From a virus (Duplodnaviria; Caudoviricetes), in the IMG/VR virus record IMGVR_UViG_3300021197_002023, positions 1 to 53,769 of that record: DNA of 53,769 nucleotides, one strand, 5' to 3'. A program made the position numbers and the translations under genes. The notes below the pieces were generated by a model, which was given only the letters and a program-made list of their open reading frames with translations, had not been told where the DNA came from and did not search any database. The number at the start of each line of letters is the position of its first letter. Within the stretch, counting starts at the first letter, position 1. This document shows, in pieces, positions 25,514 to 35,915 of the stretch.

Positions 25514-26509
25514 ATGAGCGAAACTTTAAAAGGGCAATTAGCTAGACCAAAGCCAAAAAAAGAATTTCAACGTTTAGGTGATAGTGCCGAGACAATTGAG
25601 AAAATGTCGAAAAGACTACAGAGTAAAATAAAAAATCTTCCATCTGATGCTAAATATAACTATTCTGGTATTGGACATAGACCCTCCTTAACAGTTAGAC
25701 CAAATTATTCCTATAGTAGAGACGAAACGAAGGTGGCAGAGGGACAGGGTAATTCTTTTATAGTTATGGGGAGAGATAAGCCGGGAGGTGCTGGTACTGG
25801 ATATGGCGCTCTACCACAAGGACAGTGCGCCAGTATTGATTTAGTGGTAGGTAGATACGGAAGGTATGCAAAAACTTCTAGTGAAGAATCCTTGAATGAT
25901 GAGCCGATAATTGTAGAAAATGATTTTGTATCAGATGCGGCTAGGATTTATATATGCGAAAAAACCGATATTGATGAAAATTTTGGTATAGTTCCCGGAA
26001 AAGTAGGCAATCCGAGAGGAAGATCTGCAATTGGAATTAAGGCTGATAATGTCAGAATTATAGCAAGAGAGGGAATAAAATTAGTGACTAGAACAGATGA
26101 AAGAAACTCCAAAGATGGTAAAGTTGATATTGTTGTTGGCGTGGATATTATCGCAGGAGATGATGATTCTGATTTGCAGCCAATGGTTAAGGGTCAAAAC
26201 CTAGTGACATTGTTGAGGTATATGGTCGATGATTCTATGAGATTAGCACAGATGATTCATTCCTTATCTCTAAGCCAAGCCGCACTAGAGTCAATGCTAG
26301 CAGCCCATGTGCATGTCGACCCGCTTTCAGGAGTTACGCTTCCATCCGTTGAGATGGGAGTATATTGCGTGGGATCACAGATTAAAAGAATGGTACAAGA
26401 TATACCTTCTCAAATAACTCACACATTCAACAATATTGCAGAAGAAATAGAATTTCTCAGTCCTGTTGGAACAAAATATATAAACAGTAAAGCAAATAAT
26501 GTAAACTAA
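25514..26509 (+). CDS. Putative baseplate central spike (gp5 C-terminal/gpV-like)
   Basis: GNSFIVMGRD, DAARIYI, IKADNVRIIAREGIKLVT beta-strand repeats, QPMVKG and a C-terminal HVH (HxH apex-like motif). Confidence 0.55.
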   Translation: MSETLKGQLARPKPKKEFQRLGDSAETIEKMSKRLQSKIKNLPSDAKYNYSGIGHRPSLTVRPNYSYSRDETKVAEGQGNSFIVMGRDKPGGAGTGYGALPQGQCASIDLVVGRYGRYAKTSSEESLNDEPIIVENDFVSDAARIYICEKTDIDENFGIVPGKVGNPRGRSAIGIKADNVRIIAREGIKLVTRTDERNSKDGKVDIVVGVDIIAGDDDSDLQPMVKGQNLVTLLRYMVDDSMRLAQMIHSLSLSQAALESMLAAHVHVDPLSGVTLPSVEMGVYCVGSQIKRMVQDIPSQITHTFNNIAEEIEFLSPVGTKYINSKANNVN

Positions 26510-26536
26510 TATATAAATGGCTAAAAAGAGAACAAT

Positions 26537-29500
26537 ATGACAAAGATAGATCCAAATTTATTAGCGCCGAAAAAGGTTGAAATAAAAAAACCACTAGGAG
26601 GTGATGGAAAGTTGGCGGAAAACCTTATGGATGATCCTCCACTTGATACAACAGATTTACCTTTTTATTTCAAATTAAAGCCAGTCGACGCCCCAATTAA
26701 AGTAAAATCCTCAGTTGTTTTGCCATTGCCCATTTACAGTTCTGATGCTTTGCACAAAATAAAATTGTCCCCTGCTGGAGGATATTCTCAGCATGACGAC
26801 AAACCTCTATCATTCGAATACATATATAATAATTTTGACCCAGAAGATTTCGCACAACTTCTTGTTACCAGCGGAGTTTTAAGTAAAGCAATTAGATATG
26901 CTCTGCTGTATAATTATTTTGGGTACCCCATTGCAAATTACTCTGATGGAGAGGGAAATTATGAAATGGACAATACAGGCTTTGCTAAATACAATAATTT
27001 AGCAAAGCGTTGCCTCGGTACAGATCAGGCACTGCTAGCACAACTACACGCCCCCGAAGGCATCATATGGTCCCAAGAGAACTATGAGACATCTCTTACA
27101 CAATATTTAACTGATTACGTCCAAGGGTTTTATCAATTTGGAGAAATTGGATCATTACCCAGTTTTAATAGTAGCGCTTGGAATCAGGGCACTGATGAAA
27201 CCTCTAGCATAGAGTATTTCTCCCCAATAAAATTTTCAGAAGCTAAAGAAATTATAGGTGAATTTCCGGGATATTCCCTTGATTCAGAACTATCCTACGA
27301 ACAGCCCCCTTCTTTCTCGGGATTATACAATAGTCTTCATGGTATGGCATTCCCAAACGAGCCGTCATACGTTGAGCCAATTGGAATTGATGCACAATAT
27401 GCTGGAATTAGTGCTTATTTGGGCACAGCCCTAGGAGACCAGCCCGGAAATGATTATGTTGATTTACGCGGATCAGCGTTAAATTCATTAGCGTTCAATC
27501 CTTCGTGGGGAGCACATACAAATAACGTCCACAAGACTTACGCAAGAGCTTGGATGCCGTCAGATGTTCTAAGGGGTCTGGGATATTTTGCATCGACTTT
27601 AGATGCGTTTTCAAATCCAGACGTAGATGGCATTCCTGATCCCCACATAACCCTGTATGGCGCAGGAAATTCCGAATTGACTGTCGATAATAGTTTATGG
27701 GGTCAGCTAACTTATTCTAATTTTACAAAAAGTGGAGTTGGACCGTTTCCTTTTGAAAAAAAAGCAGAGCACTCTATAGAATTTAATTCTCTAGCTTACG
27801 TAACAGGTCACCCACAGTCTCTACCTTCCATGCCATTAACCGAAGGTCCGCAACTCGGCGGAACAATATACCACAGCTTTTGGAATATTCAGGCTGACCA
27901 ATTTAAAGGGTGGTACCATAATCTGGAAAGCTATATTAAAGAGCCTGAAGATGGATTTTCTCCTTTTTGGAAAAACAATTGGCAATCTTCTAACATTGTA
28001 TCAATGTATAAGTTAGTTCCAGCAGGGCTAAATACAAATGCTGAATTAAATAAATATAGAAACGATCCTGCAAAAACATTAAATGTTATATGGCCAAAGA
28101 TTTGGGATTACATTGAAAGAGTTGCGCCGAGAAAAATGTACCAATCTGAGCATATAACTTACGGAGAAAATATTCCCGGATCAGATCAGGGTTCAAAATT
28201 TAATAAATCTGATATTATCACAAGCCCATATGGATCAGGACCCAGTAGTGACTATGTTGCTTATGATTGGACACCAAAATTTAGAATTGGTCATCAAATG
28301 ACTCCCACGAAAGCCGGAGTAGGTCAGAGCCCCTTTGGGAACCCATCGGTTTATGATGGACCAGTGCCATCGTCGGAACAAGGTGGGGAGTTGGGATTTA
28401 CTCATGTCATAGGTGACTCTGGTGACCGTGGATATCACTTAATATATGCCCAAGATACCATTCAAGATGGTCTCTCGCAACAGTATAACCAAACAGGAAC
28501 TCAACAACGTTTCAGAAATAAGCTTAGTTTAAATTTTAAAACAGATTTTCACAGAGGATTCTTTTGGGATTCTAAATATGATAAATCCTTTGGATCAACA
28601 AAGGGCAAGTTTATAGATATTAGTTATGATCAACCAATCATTCAACAGGGCTTGTTCGCAGAGCCCCCGATTCCTGTTATTTCATATAAATTTTCAGTAG
28701 ACTATAGTCACGCCGCCGCCCTTGATGTGGGATTTACGCCGGACAACGGATCGGTATCAACCCCAAACCCTTGGGAGGATGAATTAGACTATTCATATTA
28801 TTTGTCGACAAAGATGTTGACATATTTGTATCTTAAAGCGCCCGCCGGATTTGATTCTGAGCTACCAAGCGTTGTTCCCGGAACAGGTTTTGGGAAATCG
28901 GCAGGGCATGCAACATCTATGTTGGAAAATGTTATTAAATCTTCTTACAAAGGAAGTGTTATGCTTCCAACATCCTATGGTGAAGAGCAATTTGGACAAT
29001 ACTTAGAATCTTCTGATTTTCAAGAATATTTGATTCCAAATTATATTTTTGAAACTTATAACGAAGATGATTTAGGAGATTTAAATGATTATGTCGATAG
29101 CTCGCATCCTGCCTTCACTGTTACCAATAAGTCCAATTTTGCATTACCAGTTTGGTATTATCAAGAAAACACATCATGGGACCCAAGAGACATAGAATGG
29201 TCAAAGATATCAGACTCTCAAAAGAAGATTGAACAATTAGAAGAGGCTGGAACTCTCGAAAAATACTCTGGTATTGAAAATTTAACAAATTACGGTTTGC
29301 CATCTTGGGTTAGATCTATAAGAATTTACCCATGCCCAGATAAACAAATTACGGCAACAAATCCTAATGCTTATGGTGTTTCTGGCATTGGGTGGGATGT
29401 GAATGTTGTCCCGCCTCAATTGCCAACAGACAAGGACTCCGAAGGTCAAACAGTAAGCGGTGATGGCTATGGATATTACCAATATAACGACATCAAAGAT

Positions 29501-32500
29501 GTTGCATCTGCTGCATTGAAAATTAATTTAGAGCCAATATCAAATAAGTGCTTGGATGATCAAGCCACAGAAATGAATCTCAATGCTTCTCTGGTGATGT
29601 ATAAACATGTAGATGTTAGATATGTTGTAGAATTAGATATCGACGAAAGGGAATTAATATTAACTATGGCAGGTCAGGGAGTATTTCAACTTGACGGGAC
29701 CATAGATCAGTACGAAGACATTGGCATATCTCTAAAAGACATCATAGACAAGACTTTTGGAAACGTTTCGTCGGAAGATATCAAGGAAGAATTGGATAGT
29801 GGAAATTATGACTTTGATTTATCAGGAAATGGGGAAATTGATTTTCAAAATCTCCCCGGTGCTGGAATATTCCCCCCATCCGAAGTAGACGAGATATGTG
29901 CATTGTTCGCAGAACCAGAATTATTGCAAAAAACTTTCGATATTATGGAGCAAAATCCAGCTAATATTGCGGATAATGATCCATGGAAATGCACAAGTTA
30001 TCTTTGTCTAAAAGAAATTGGTCAGCCAACTTATCGATTAAAGAAAGAGCCCGGAAAAGATGCTCAAAATATTGGATATCTAGATGACGGAACTATAGTG
30101 AAGGTTACAAAAGAGTGGGCGATTGGGAAGGGAGAATATCACAAGGTTTTAATTGTGGATAATAGCTCTCCATATTTTATGGAGGAAGGCTATATACCTC
30201 CCGAGTTGCTTAAGCCGCTGTTCCCAAATACACAACAAAACTCAAAAATCTTCTTCAATCAGATATTTGATAATTTAAGTTTGGCAGAATCTCCAAAATT
30301 AGAAATGTCTGAAATGGCTAAAGCTCTTATTCCAAATTGGTGGAAAATGGAGGAGCCCTATTATCACAGAGAAGATATGGAGTATTGGGCAAATGTTGAA
30401 TTACCATATGACTGTGTTGTCGATGATCAAGATTTAGAAGCCAAGAAGCAAGAAGCAGTTATTTTAGGAATTGAGCAGTTGTTTAATTACTATAATGTTC
30501 TCTATACAGATGATGATATAAAAACCTTGGCTAATACTTATTTAGCAGCGAGGGCAGAGGAATGTTATATAGATTCTAGACCCGGTGCTCCAATTAAAGT
30601 TCTAGTGAAAGTGGGAGCAATTTATCTAAATGCTTTTCCAAATCAAGTGAAGAAGTTGCAAGATTTGAAATCTAGTTCTGCTAAAATCTTGTCACTGGAC
30701 TCAAGACATTATCAAACACATCTACAACACGCTATATTTTCTTTAAACAAAATATATTTAGACATTTTCTCTTCAAAATTCTCAGTCCCCGGATTAGATT
30801 TGGAAGCAGAGGCGCAAAGACTCTCTTATATCCCTGTTGGACTAAAAAAGATGCTCGCAGTTAATGGATATAACACAGGTGATGGTGATAGGCAAGACAT
30901 TATAAATTTAGGTTTTGATGAAAATTATGCTCTAACATTCGTTTCAATAATTGAGGACGCAGGACCATCCAGCAGTCCCGATTCTACAGAAGAAAAACTG
31001 GTCACGATTGGTTTTGATTTGTACAAAAATAGTGAGCCTTTCAATTTCCCAAATACAATGTCTCTGTTTTTTCATCATAGGGAATTGAAGAACCCTGTTT
31101 TAAAATGGCAAGATGTTGTGGAAAAGTGGATGATAAGCCCTACATATGAAATTGTTTCAAAAGATGAAGCAGGACCGCTGAATCTGCCATCCAACAGTTG
31201 TGGCTTAAAATACTTTGATTTACCACCTCTTACTGAGATAATGATGGGCATTGGTGAAAAAATAGATCTTGGATTAGACCTTCATCCAAGATATGATCTT
31301 GGTGCTTTTCAATTTAATTTGTTGCAATTTTTTCCACCTTGTCCAAAGCCTGCACCCGGAAAAGGGTCTCCATTTTATAAAATGCTTTCTGAGATTGATG
31401 GGCAGACCGTTGATTTTAGTCAAATGGACTTTATGGAAGCTTTGGAAGAAGAATCTTCAAGGGTACAGCAGTATGTAGGCGATTGGTTGGCATCGGGTGC
31501 TGCACTCAGAGATATAAGAGGTAAAATCTTTGATTTGGACGATTTGTATCTGTATGTTTTAAATTATATTACCCCAGAAGCTCTGTATAGTAAGATATGC
31601 AAATGCTTTATAGATCTAATGGGAATAGAGGGAATCCCAATCCCAAATCTTGAAATTAGCGCATCAGGCGGATCTGGAGGGTTGAATTTAGATCCGAATA
31701 CGCTAAAGAACAACCCAAAAAATATTTATAGTGGTGAGGGGGCAAAATTTAACACTAATTTTGTCGACAAAGATGGCAAGTTAAAAAACAAAGACTCTTT
31801 CATGGAAACATTAGCCGCAGAGGACTTGTTCTGCTCTTTTTGCTTTAACATACCATCGATTTTCTTTAGATTGCCGACAACTAATTTGTTAGATTTTTTA
31901 ATCTCTGCCCTGAAGGCGATTTTAGAATTCGCTTTAGCCCAAATTCTGCTCGAATTAATTATGGCATTGTTGGATGCATTGTTGACATGTCCAGAAATTA
32001 ATTGCCCCTCTAGTCAGGGAGGTATTAAAGACTATGGCGCACAAAGCCTTGCAGAATTAGCGCCCAATGGAGTGGAAACCTATAGAGAGTGTGGCATACC
32101 AATTGACGGAGTTAATGTCACAAATGAGTCGGTATCATCGATGCTAGAAGAATGTTCTAATTCTTTAACAACATCGGAGGTGCTTGGCTTACTTGATGGA
32201 AGCGCAACAAAAGAAACTTTAAAAGTCATAGAGAGAGTCATTACAAAATATCCGAATATATCAAGCCAGATCAATACTACCGCACAGCTAACAACAATTT
32301 TTTCTTGTGTTGGAAATAAAGTTGGACCTGATACACTGGGCGATTTAGGGTTTGAAGTAACTACTTTAGTAAATGACAAAAATTTGTGCCAAGAGTTGAT
32401 ACAAACTAACGAGCAAGCGATTTTGGATAAGTGTGGTAATATACCAGATGCGCTGTCTATGGCTTCCAAAGTTTTAAATCCGGATTTTAGTAAGTACGCA

Positions 32501-35437
32501 GACATAGCAAGAATTATTAGAGAAAATGACGATCTATCGACACAGATTCCGCCTTTGTTTTCTGATGGAAAAGGAATGCAGGCGCTACTATCGGGCTTGA
32601 AGTCTGATACTGCTGACTTCGCACTGCAAGAGGCGCTTGAGACACAGGCAGTAACAGCCGAATCTTCCCTCATGCAAGAAGTGAAACAACTTTTCAAGGC
32701 TCCAACTTTGATGGAACAAGTTGCAGGAGTGGGTAATGTATACGTAAAGGCAAATGAAAAATTTGCATATTATAAATTTAATGGAGCTTTCAATACGTGG
32801 ATGACGGCAGTATTTGATGAAGGCGGATCTCATGAAAATCAGTTGCCTAAATTAAATGTTCTTGATGGGGACCCAATACCCATGTCACATATTATAAGGA
32901 ATATATCAAACTCAATAAAGGCACCAATTAATCCGTTTGTTGCTGAGTTAAAAGCTGAATTGACGGAAGATGATTATGTTCATTTGACTTTTGGTCAACC
33001 ATACGATAGCGACGGTGATGGGTCTTTGGACTATAACGATTCATATTCGTTTGTTTTAAACAGCCAAAATGGAATCAATTTATCAATCTCTGGAAACCCA
33101 TCATTATTACCGCCGGATATGCTTGAGTATTTAAATAAAAACGATTTAGAGTCTAGTGGAAATTGTGAACAATCTCAGTTTTTGTCATACTTGATCCTAT
33201 CCAATCTTAATATGGATAATATAGATCAACCACTGGGATCCTCTGCTGACAAGCTAAAAGAGATGTTGGAGAGTCAAGTGTATGTAAGCGCCCTATCCTC
33301 TGGTCTCACTAATATGGGGAATATTGTTTCCAAGTCAAAGTTGTTAGAATCATATGACATCGAATTTTGGAACGCGGTTAGTGCAACATTGGCGGGACCG
33401 GCTTCTCTTGCAACTCTTACTTTTCTCCCGCCAATCGCTGCTGTTCTGGCAGCCCCCGGCGTTGCTTACAGCGCATATGAGGTATTGCAACTTCTCCTAC
33501 CAGAGTTAAAAAGGCAGCAACTAGAAAAAGTTAATTTAATATCATCTAATGCTCCTGACAGCAGTGGAAACATAAGAAGGACATTTATTGATTTTGATTT
33601 TGGAATAGAATTGGCAAAAGTTGAATATGATTTTTCTAAATACTATGACCCAAATTCTCCATTCATTGGAATGCCTCATTACGCAATGCTTGAAAGCGTT
33701 GTATCCAATATGATGCAATTATTTGTTGGCGAGGCTCTTGTGCGAGGAGTTTTCATATTGCCGTTTTTCCCGAAAGAGGTGTTTTTAAATGACGATATTG
33801 CAAACTTTGTTTTAGCGATATTTGACTCTTATCTGAACACAAAAGCTGGAGGTGCGGGTCCTAAAATCAGAACAACACTGATGAGAATGGTTTATGAAAA
33901 AACAGAATTTACACCCAATGAAAATTCATCTAAACCTTTAATGCCCGGAGAAACACAAGATATTGATGCGCTTGTTGCTGGCACCTTACAGCCTTTTGGT
34001 GGTAAAATATATGACGCTAGTTACGGAAGAGAATATGAAATCAATAGTTGGAAAGACTGTGCCCTGTACTTTATTAGGAAGAATATGGAGCGCCCCCTAT
34101 CCTATATAAAAGATAAGTTAACCAACACGACTCTTGGAGGGGAAAACCAGATGGATCAAGAAGTTAATCCATTCTTCCTGATGGTACAGAAAGGCATGAA
34201 AGAGGTGCATTCGTATTACGATATGACTTGGATGAACACGAAGCCGAACAATATTTCCAGTACCCTAGTCCAAAATGATATGATAGGTGTTACAAAGAAT
34301 GGAGCATTTGTCGTTCAATATTATTTCAGAATTGAAGATTTGTCACTCGGAGATGATCTTTATTACGAATACCTAGTTCAAAGAAAAAAAGTTATGATAT
34401 CTAATGTTGCCACTGGTTTAATCGATGGAGATGATTGGAGCCCACCCGGAAGCGAAGAGTATCTTGAAGACATATTCGATGATTTCAGTCCCGTCAGCGA
34501 AGGTGAAGACGGTGAGAATAATTTTGAGCCTTATCCATGGCCCGGTCAAAAACCAAATGATTTTGTCGGTGACCCCGGAGCCGAAGAGTTTTTGCTGATT
34601 TCAAACCCAGACCTTTCTCTAAAGAGTATATTAAATAGAGATTCCTTATATAGGCTTTGGCAGGCAATGAGTGTTTTAGATAACAATACTGCAAAGGGAA
34701 ACTATGCCATATCAAAAGATGACCAAGCAAAGACCTTTGCATCATTTTTTAAATCTATTAAGCTGGGGGTTAGACTTTGTTATGTAGTGGGCGACTCAAC
34801 TGAGGTTAATGTAGAGACTGGCGTACCAATAATAGATGAGGGGGATGTTGTCAAAAGGCAAGACGTAAAAGATTTTACACAAAATATAATTGATTTATTA
34901 CAGGAAGACAAACAAGGAAGCGGAAACCTTAGTACATATCAGCAATATGAAAAAATGTTGCTAATTGAGGAAAAACATATCGCTGGAACCGACACTAGCG
35001 TTATCCTTCCCTTAATTGAAAAAGAAGTTGACATAACTAATCATGATATTTTTCAAAATCCTGTTAGTAGTTTTAGTCCCGGAGAAACAGGCGATGAGCT
35101 TAGTGCGGTCATCACAGATCCAGAAATTGCTAGTAAGCTTAATAGTCTTGTGGTAGATATGTTTTCTGGAATAGAGGGTAGAACTCTTTTTAAATATTGT
35201 CTCCCTATCCCAAAGTTGGCTACAATGTTGTTTATGTATAATGCTATTGGATTATCAACTGACGACAATATCAATAATGCATTCGATAGCACTAAAGAAA
35301 TTATAAAACAAAACTTCGAATCTATTTATGATATTAAGGGACCAGAAGCATATAAGTACCAGCCTCAATACATCAAAGACCGGGGCGGTCCTCGCGGAAT
35401 CGCTGCATCTGCCTCAGAACAAACAGATGAAGAATAA
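26537..35437 (+). CDS. Giant putative virion protein (2966 aa) with SH3-like domain and hydrophobic helices
   Basis: Uninterrupted ORF between gp5-like and gp25-like genes; SH3b-like YRLKKEPGKDAQNIGYLDDGTIVKV; no overall family recognised. Confidence 0.6.
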   Translation: MTKIDPNLLAPKKVEIKKPLGGDGKLAENLMDDPPLDTTDLPFYFKLKPVDAPIKVKSSVVLPLPIYSSDALHKIKLSPAGGYSQHDDKPLSFEYIYNNFDPEDFAQLLVTSGVLSKAIRYALLYNYFGYPIANYSDGEGNYEMDNTGFAKYNNLAKRCLGTDQALLAQLHAPEGIIWSQENYETSLTQYLTDYVQGFYQFGEIGSLPSFNSSAWNQGTDETSSIEYFSPIKFSEAKEIIGEFPGYSLDSELSYEQPPSFSGLYNSLHGMAFPNEPSYVEPIGIDAQYAGISAYLGTALGDQPGNDYVDLRGSALNSLAFNPSWGAHTNNVHKTYARAWMPSDVLRGLGYFASTLDAFSNPDVDGIPDPHITLYGAGNSELTVDNSLWGQLTYSNFTKSGVGPFPFEKKAEHSIEFNSLAYVTGHPQSLPSMPLTEGPQLGGTIYHSFWNIQADQFKGWYHNLESYIKEPEDGFSPFWKNNWQSSNIVSMYKLVPAGLNTNAELNKYRNDPAKTLNVIWPKIWDYIERVAPRKMYQSEHITYGENIPGSDQGSKFNKSDIITSPYGSGPSSDYVAYDWTPKFRIGHQMTPTKAGVGQSPFGNPSVYDGPVPSSEQGGELGFTHVIGDSGDRGYHLIYAQDTIQDGLSQQYNQTGTQQRFRNKLSLNFKTDFHRGFFWDSKYDKSFGSTKGKFIDISYDQPIIQQGLFAEPPIPVISYKFSVDYSHAAALDVGFTPDNGSVSTPNPWEDELDYSYYLSTKMLTYLYLKAPAGFDSELPSVVPGTGFGKSAGHATSMLENVIKSSYKGSVMLPTSYGEEQFGQYLESSDFQEYLIPNYIFETYNEDDLGDLNDYVDSSHPAFTVTNKSNFALPVWYYQENTSWDPRDIEWSKISDSQKKIEQLEEAGTLEKYSGIENLTNYGLPSWVRSIRIYPCPDKQITATNPNAYGVSGIGWDVNVVPPQLPTDKDSEGQTVSGDGYGYYQYNDIKDVASAALKINLEPISNKCLDDQATEMNLNASLVMYKHVDVRYVVELDIDERELILTMAGQGVFQLDGTIDQYEDIGISLKDIIDKTFGNVSSEDIKEELDSGNYDFDLSGNGEIDFQNLPGAGIFPPSEVDEICALFAEPELLQKTFDIMEQNPANIADNDPWKCTSYLCLKEIGQPTYRLKKEPGKDAQNIGYLDDGTIVKVTKEWAIGKGEYHKVLIVDNSSPYFMEEGYIPPELLKPLFPNTQQNSKIFFNQIFDNLSLAESPKLEMSEMAKALIPNWWKMEEPYYHREDMEYWANVELPYDCVVDDQDLEAKKQEAVILGIEQLFNYYNVLYTDDDIKTLANTYLAARAEECYIDSRPGAPIKVLVKVGAIYLNAFPNQVKKLQDLKSSSAKILSLDSRHYQTHLQHAIFSLNKIYLDIFSSKFSVPGLDLEAEAQRLSYIPVGLKKMLAVNGYNTGDGDRQDIINLGFDENYALTFVSIIEDAGPSSSPDSTEEKLVTIGFDLYKNSEPFNFPNTMSLFFHHRELKNPVLKWQDVVEKWMISPTYEIVSKDEAGPLNLPSNSCGLKYFDLPPLTEIMMGIGEKIDLGLDLHPRYDLGAFQFNLLQFFPPCPKPAPGKGSPFYKMLSEIDGQTVDFSQMDFMEALEEESSRVQQYVGDWLASGAALRDIRGKIFDLDDLYLYVLNYITPEALYSKICKCFIDLMGIEGIPIPNLEISASGGSGGLNLDPNTLKNNPKNIYSGEGAKFNTNFVDKDGKLKNKDSFMETLAAEDLFCSFCFNIPSIFFRLPTTNLLDFLISALKAILEFALAQILLELIMALLDALLTCPEINCPSSQGGIKDYGAQSLAELAPNGVETYRECGIPIDGVNVTNESVSSMLEECSNSLTTSEVLGLLDGSATKETLKVIERVITKYPNISSQINTTAQLTTIFSCVGNKVGPDTLGDLGFEVTTLVNDKNLCQELIQTNEQAILDKCGNIPDALSMASKVLNPDFSKYADIARIIRENDDLSTQIPPLFSDGKGMQALLSGLKSDTADFALQEALETQAVTAESSLMQEVKQLFKAPTLMEQVAGVGNVYVKANEKFAYYKFNGAFNTWMTAVFDEGGSHENQLPKLNVLDGDPIPMSHIIRNISNSIKAPINPFVAELKAELTEDDYVHLTFGQPYDSDGDGSLDYNDSYSFVLNSQNGINLSISGNPSLLPPDMLEYLNKNDLESSGNCEQSQFLSYLILSNLNMDNIDQPLGSSADKLKEMLESQVYVSALSSGLTNMGNIVSKSKLLESYDIEFWNAVSATLAGPASLATLTFLPPIAAVLAAPGVAYSAYEVLQLLLPELKRQQLEKVNLISSNAPDSSGNIRRTFIDFDFGIELAKVEYDFSKYYDPNSPFIGMPHYAMLESVVSNMMQLFVGEALVRGVFILPFFPKEVFLNDDIANFVLAIFDSYLNTKAGGAGPKIRTTLMRMVYEKTEFTPNENSSKPLMPGETQDIDALVAGTLQPFGGKIYDASYGREYEINSWKDCALYFIRKNMERPLSYIKDKLTNTTLGGENQMDQEVNPFFLMVQKGMKEVHSYYDMTWMNTKPNNISSTLVQNDMIGVTKNGAFVVQYYFRIEDLSLGDDLYYEYLVQRKKVMISNVATGLIDGDDWSPPGSEEYLEDIFDDFSPVSEGEDGENNFEPYPWPGQKPNDFVGDPGAEEFLLISNPDLSLKSILNRDSLYRLWQAMSVLDNNTAKGNYAISKDDQAKTFASFFKSIKLGVRLCYVVGDSTEVNVETGVPIIDEGDVVKRQDVKDFTQNIIDLLQEDKQGSGNLSTYQQYEKMLLIEEKHIAGTDTSVILPLIEKEVDITNHDIFQNPVSSFSPGETGDELSAVITDPEIASKLNSLVVDMFSGIEGRTLFKYCLPIPKLATMLFMYNAIGLSTDDNINNAFDSTKEIIKQNFESIYDIKGPEAYKYQPQYIKDRGGPRGIAASASEQTDEE

Positions 35438-35458
35438 ATATAAAAGGGCGAATTTAAG

Positions 35459-35854
35459 ATGACAAAGTATTCTCCAAAATTACCATTAGCTCCAGCAGAA
35501 GATGACACGCATCTAATGCTAAAAACAATCAAAGAAGTTGTAAAACAAAATATGAAAATGGTCATCCTGACTAATCCCGGTGAAAGAATTATGATGCCAA
35601 ATTTTGGTGTGGGAATACAGCAATATCTTTTTGAGAATGTAAACCCGGTTATGTTAGAATCAGCAAAGCAACGCATTGAAGCGCAGGTGGAAAGATTTCT
35701 ACCATATGTTATTTTGCAGAGTGTTGTATTGAACACTAATAATGACAACCCACAACTTTCAAGCAACACTGTTTATGTGAGCATTACATACTCCATACCT
35801 TCATTAAATACGTCGGACATACTAGTTTTGAATTTAGATCAGTCAGAATTTTAG
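35459..35854 (+). CDS. Baseplate wedge protein, gp25/gpW-like
   Basis: VKQNMKMVILTNPGERIMMPNFGVGIQQYLFE signature; FLPYV. Confidence 0.92.
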   Translation: MTKYSPKLPLAPAEDDTHLMLKTIKEVVKQNMKMVILTNPGERIMMPNFGVGIQQYLFENVNPVMLESAKQRIEAQVERFLPYVILQSVVLNTNNDNPQLSSNTVYVSITYSIPSLNTSDILVLNLDQSEF

Positions 35855-35883
35855 CATTTTGCAAAAGATAATACTGACTTAAA

Positions 35884-35892
35884 ACTATTTAA
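35884..35892 (+). promoter_or_regulatory. Putative late promoter ACTATTTAA
   Basis: Motif in the 61-bp gap upstream of the GGGGAG Shine-Dalgarno and GTG start of the gp6-like gene. Confidence 0.5.
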
Positions 35893-35915
35893 TAAAAACA
35901 GGGGAGATTTAAGCT

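Noticed and set aside
35857-35866. TTTTGCAAAA palindrome after the gp25-like gene as a terminator
   Set aside because: AT-rich, weak stem and no following U-tract
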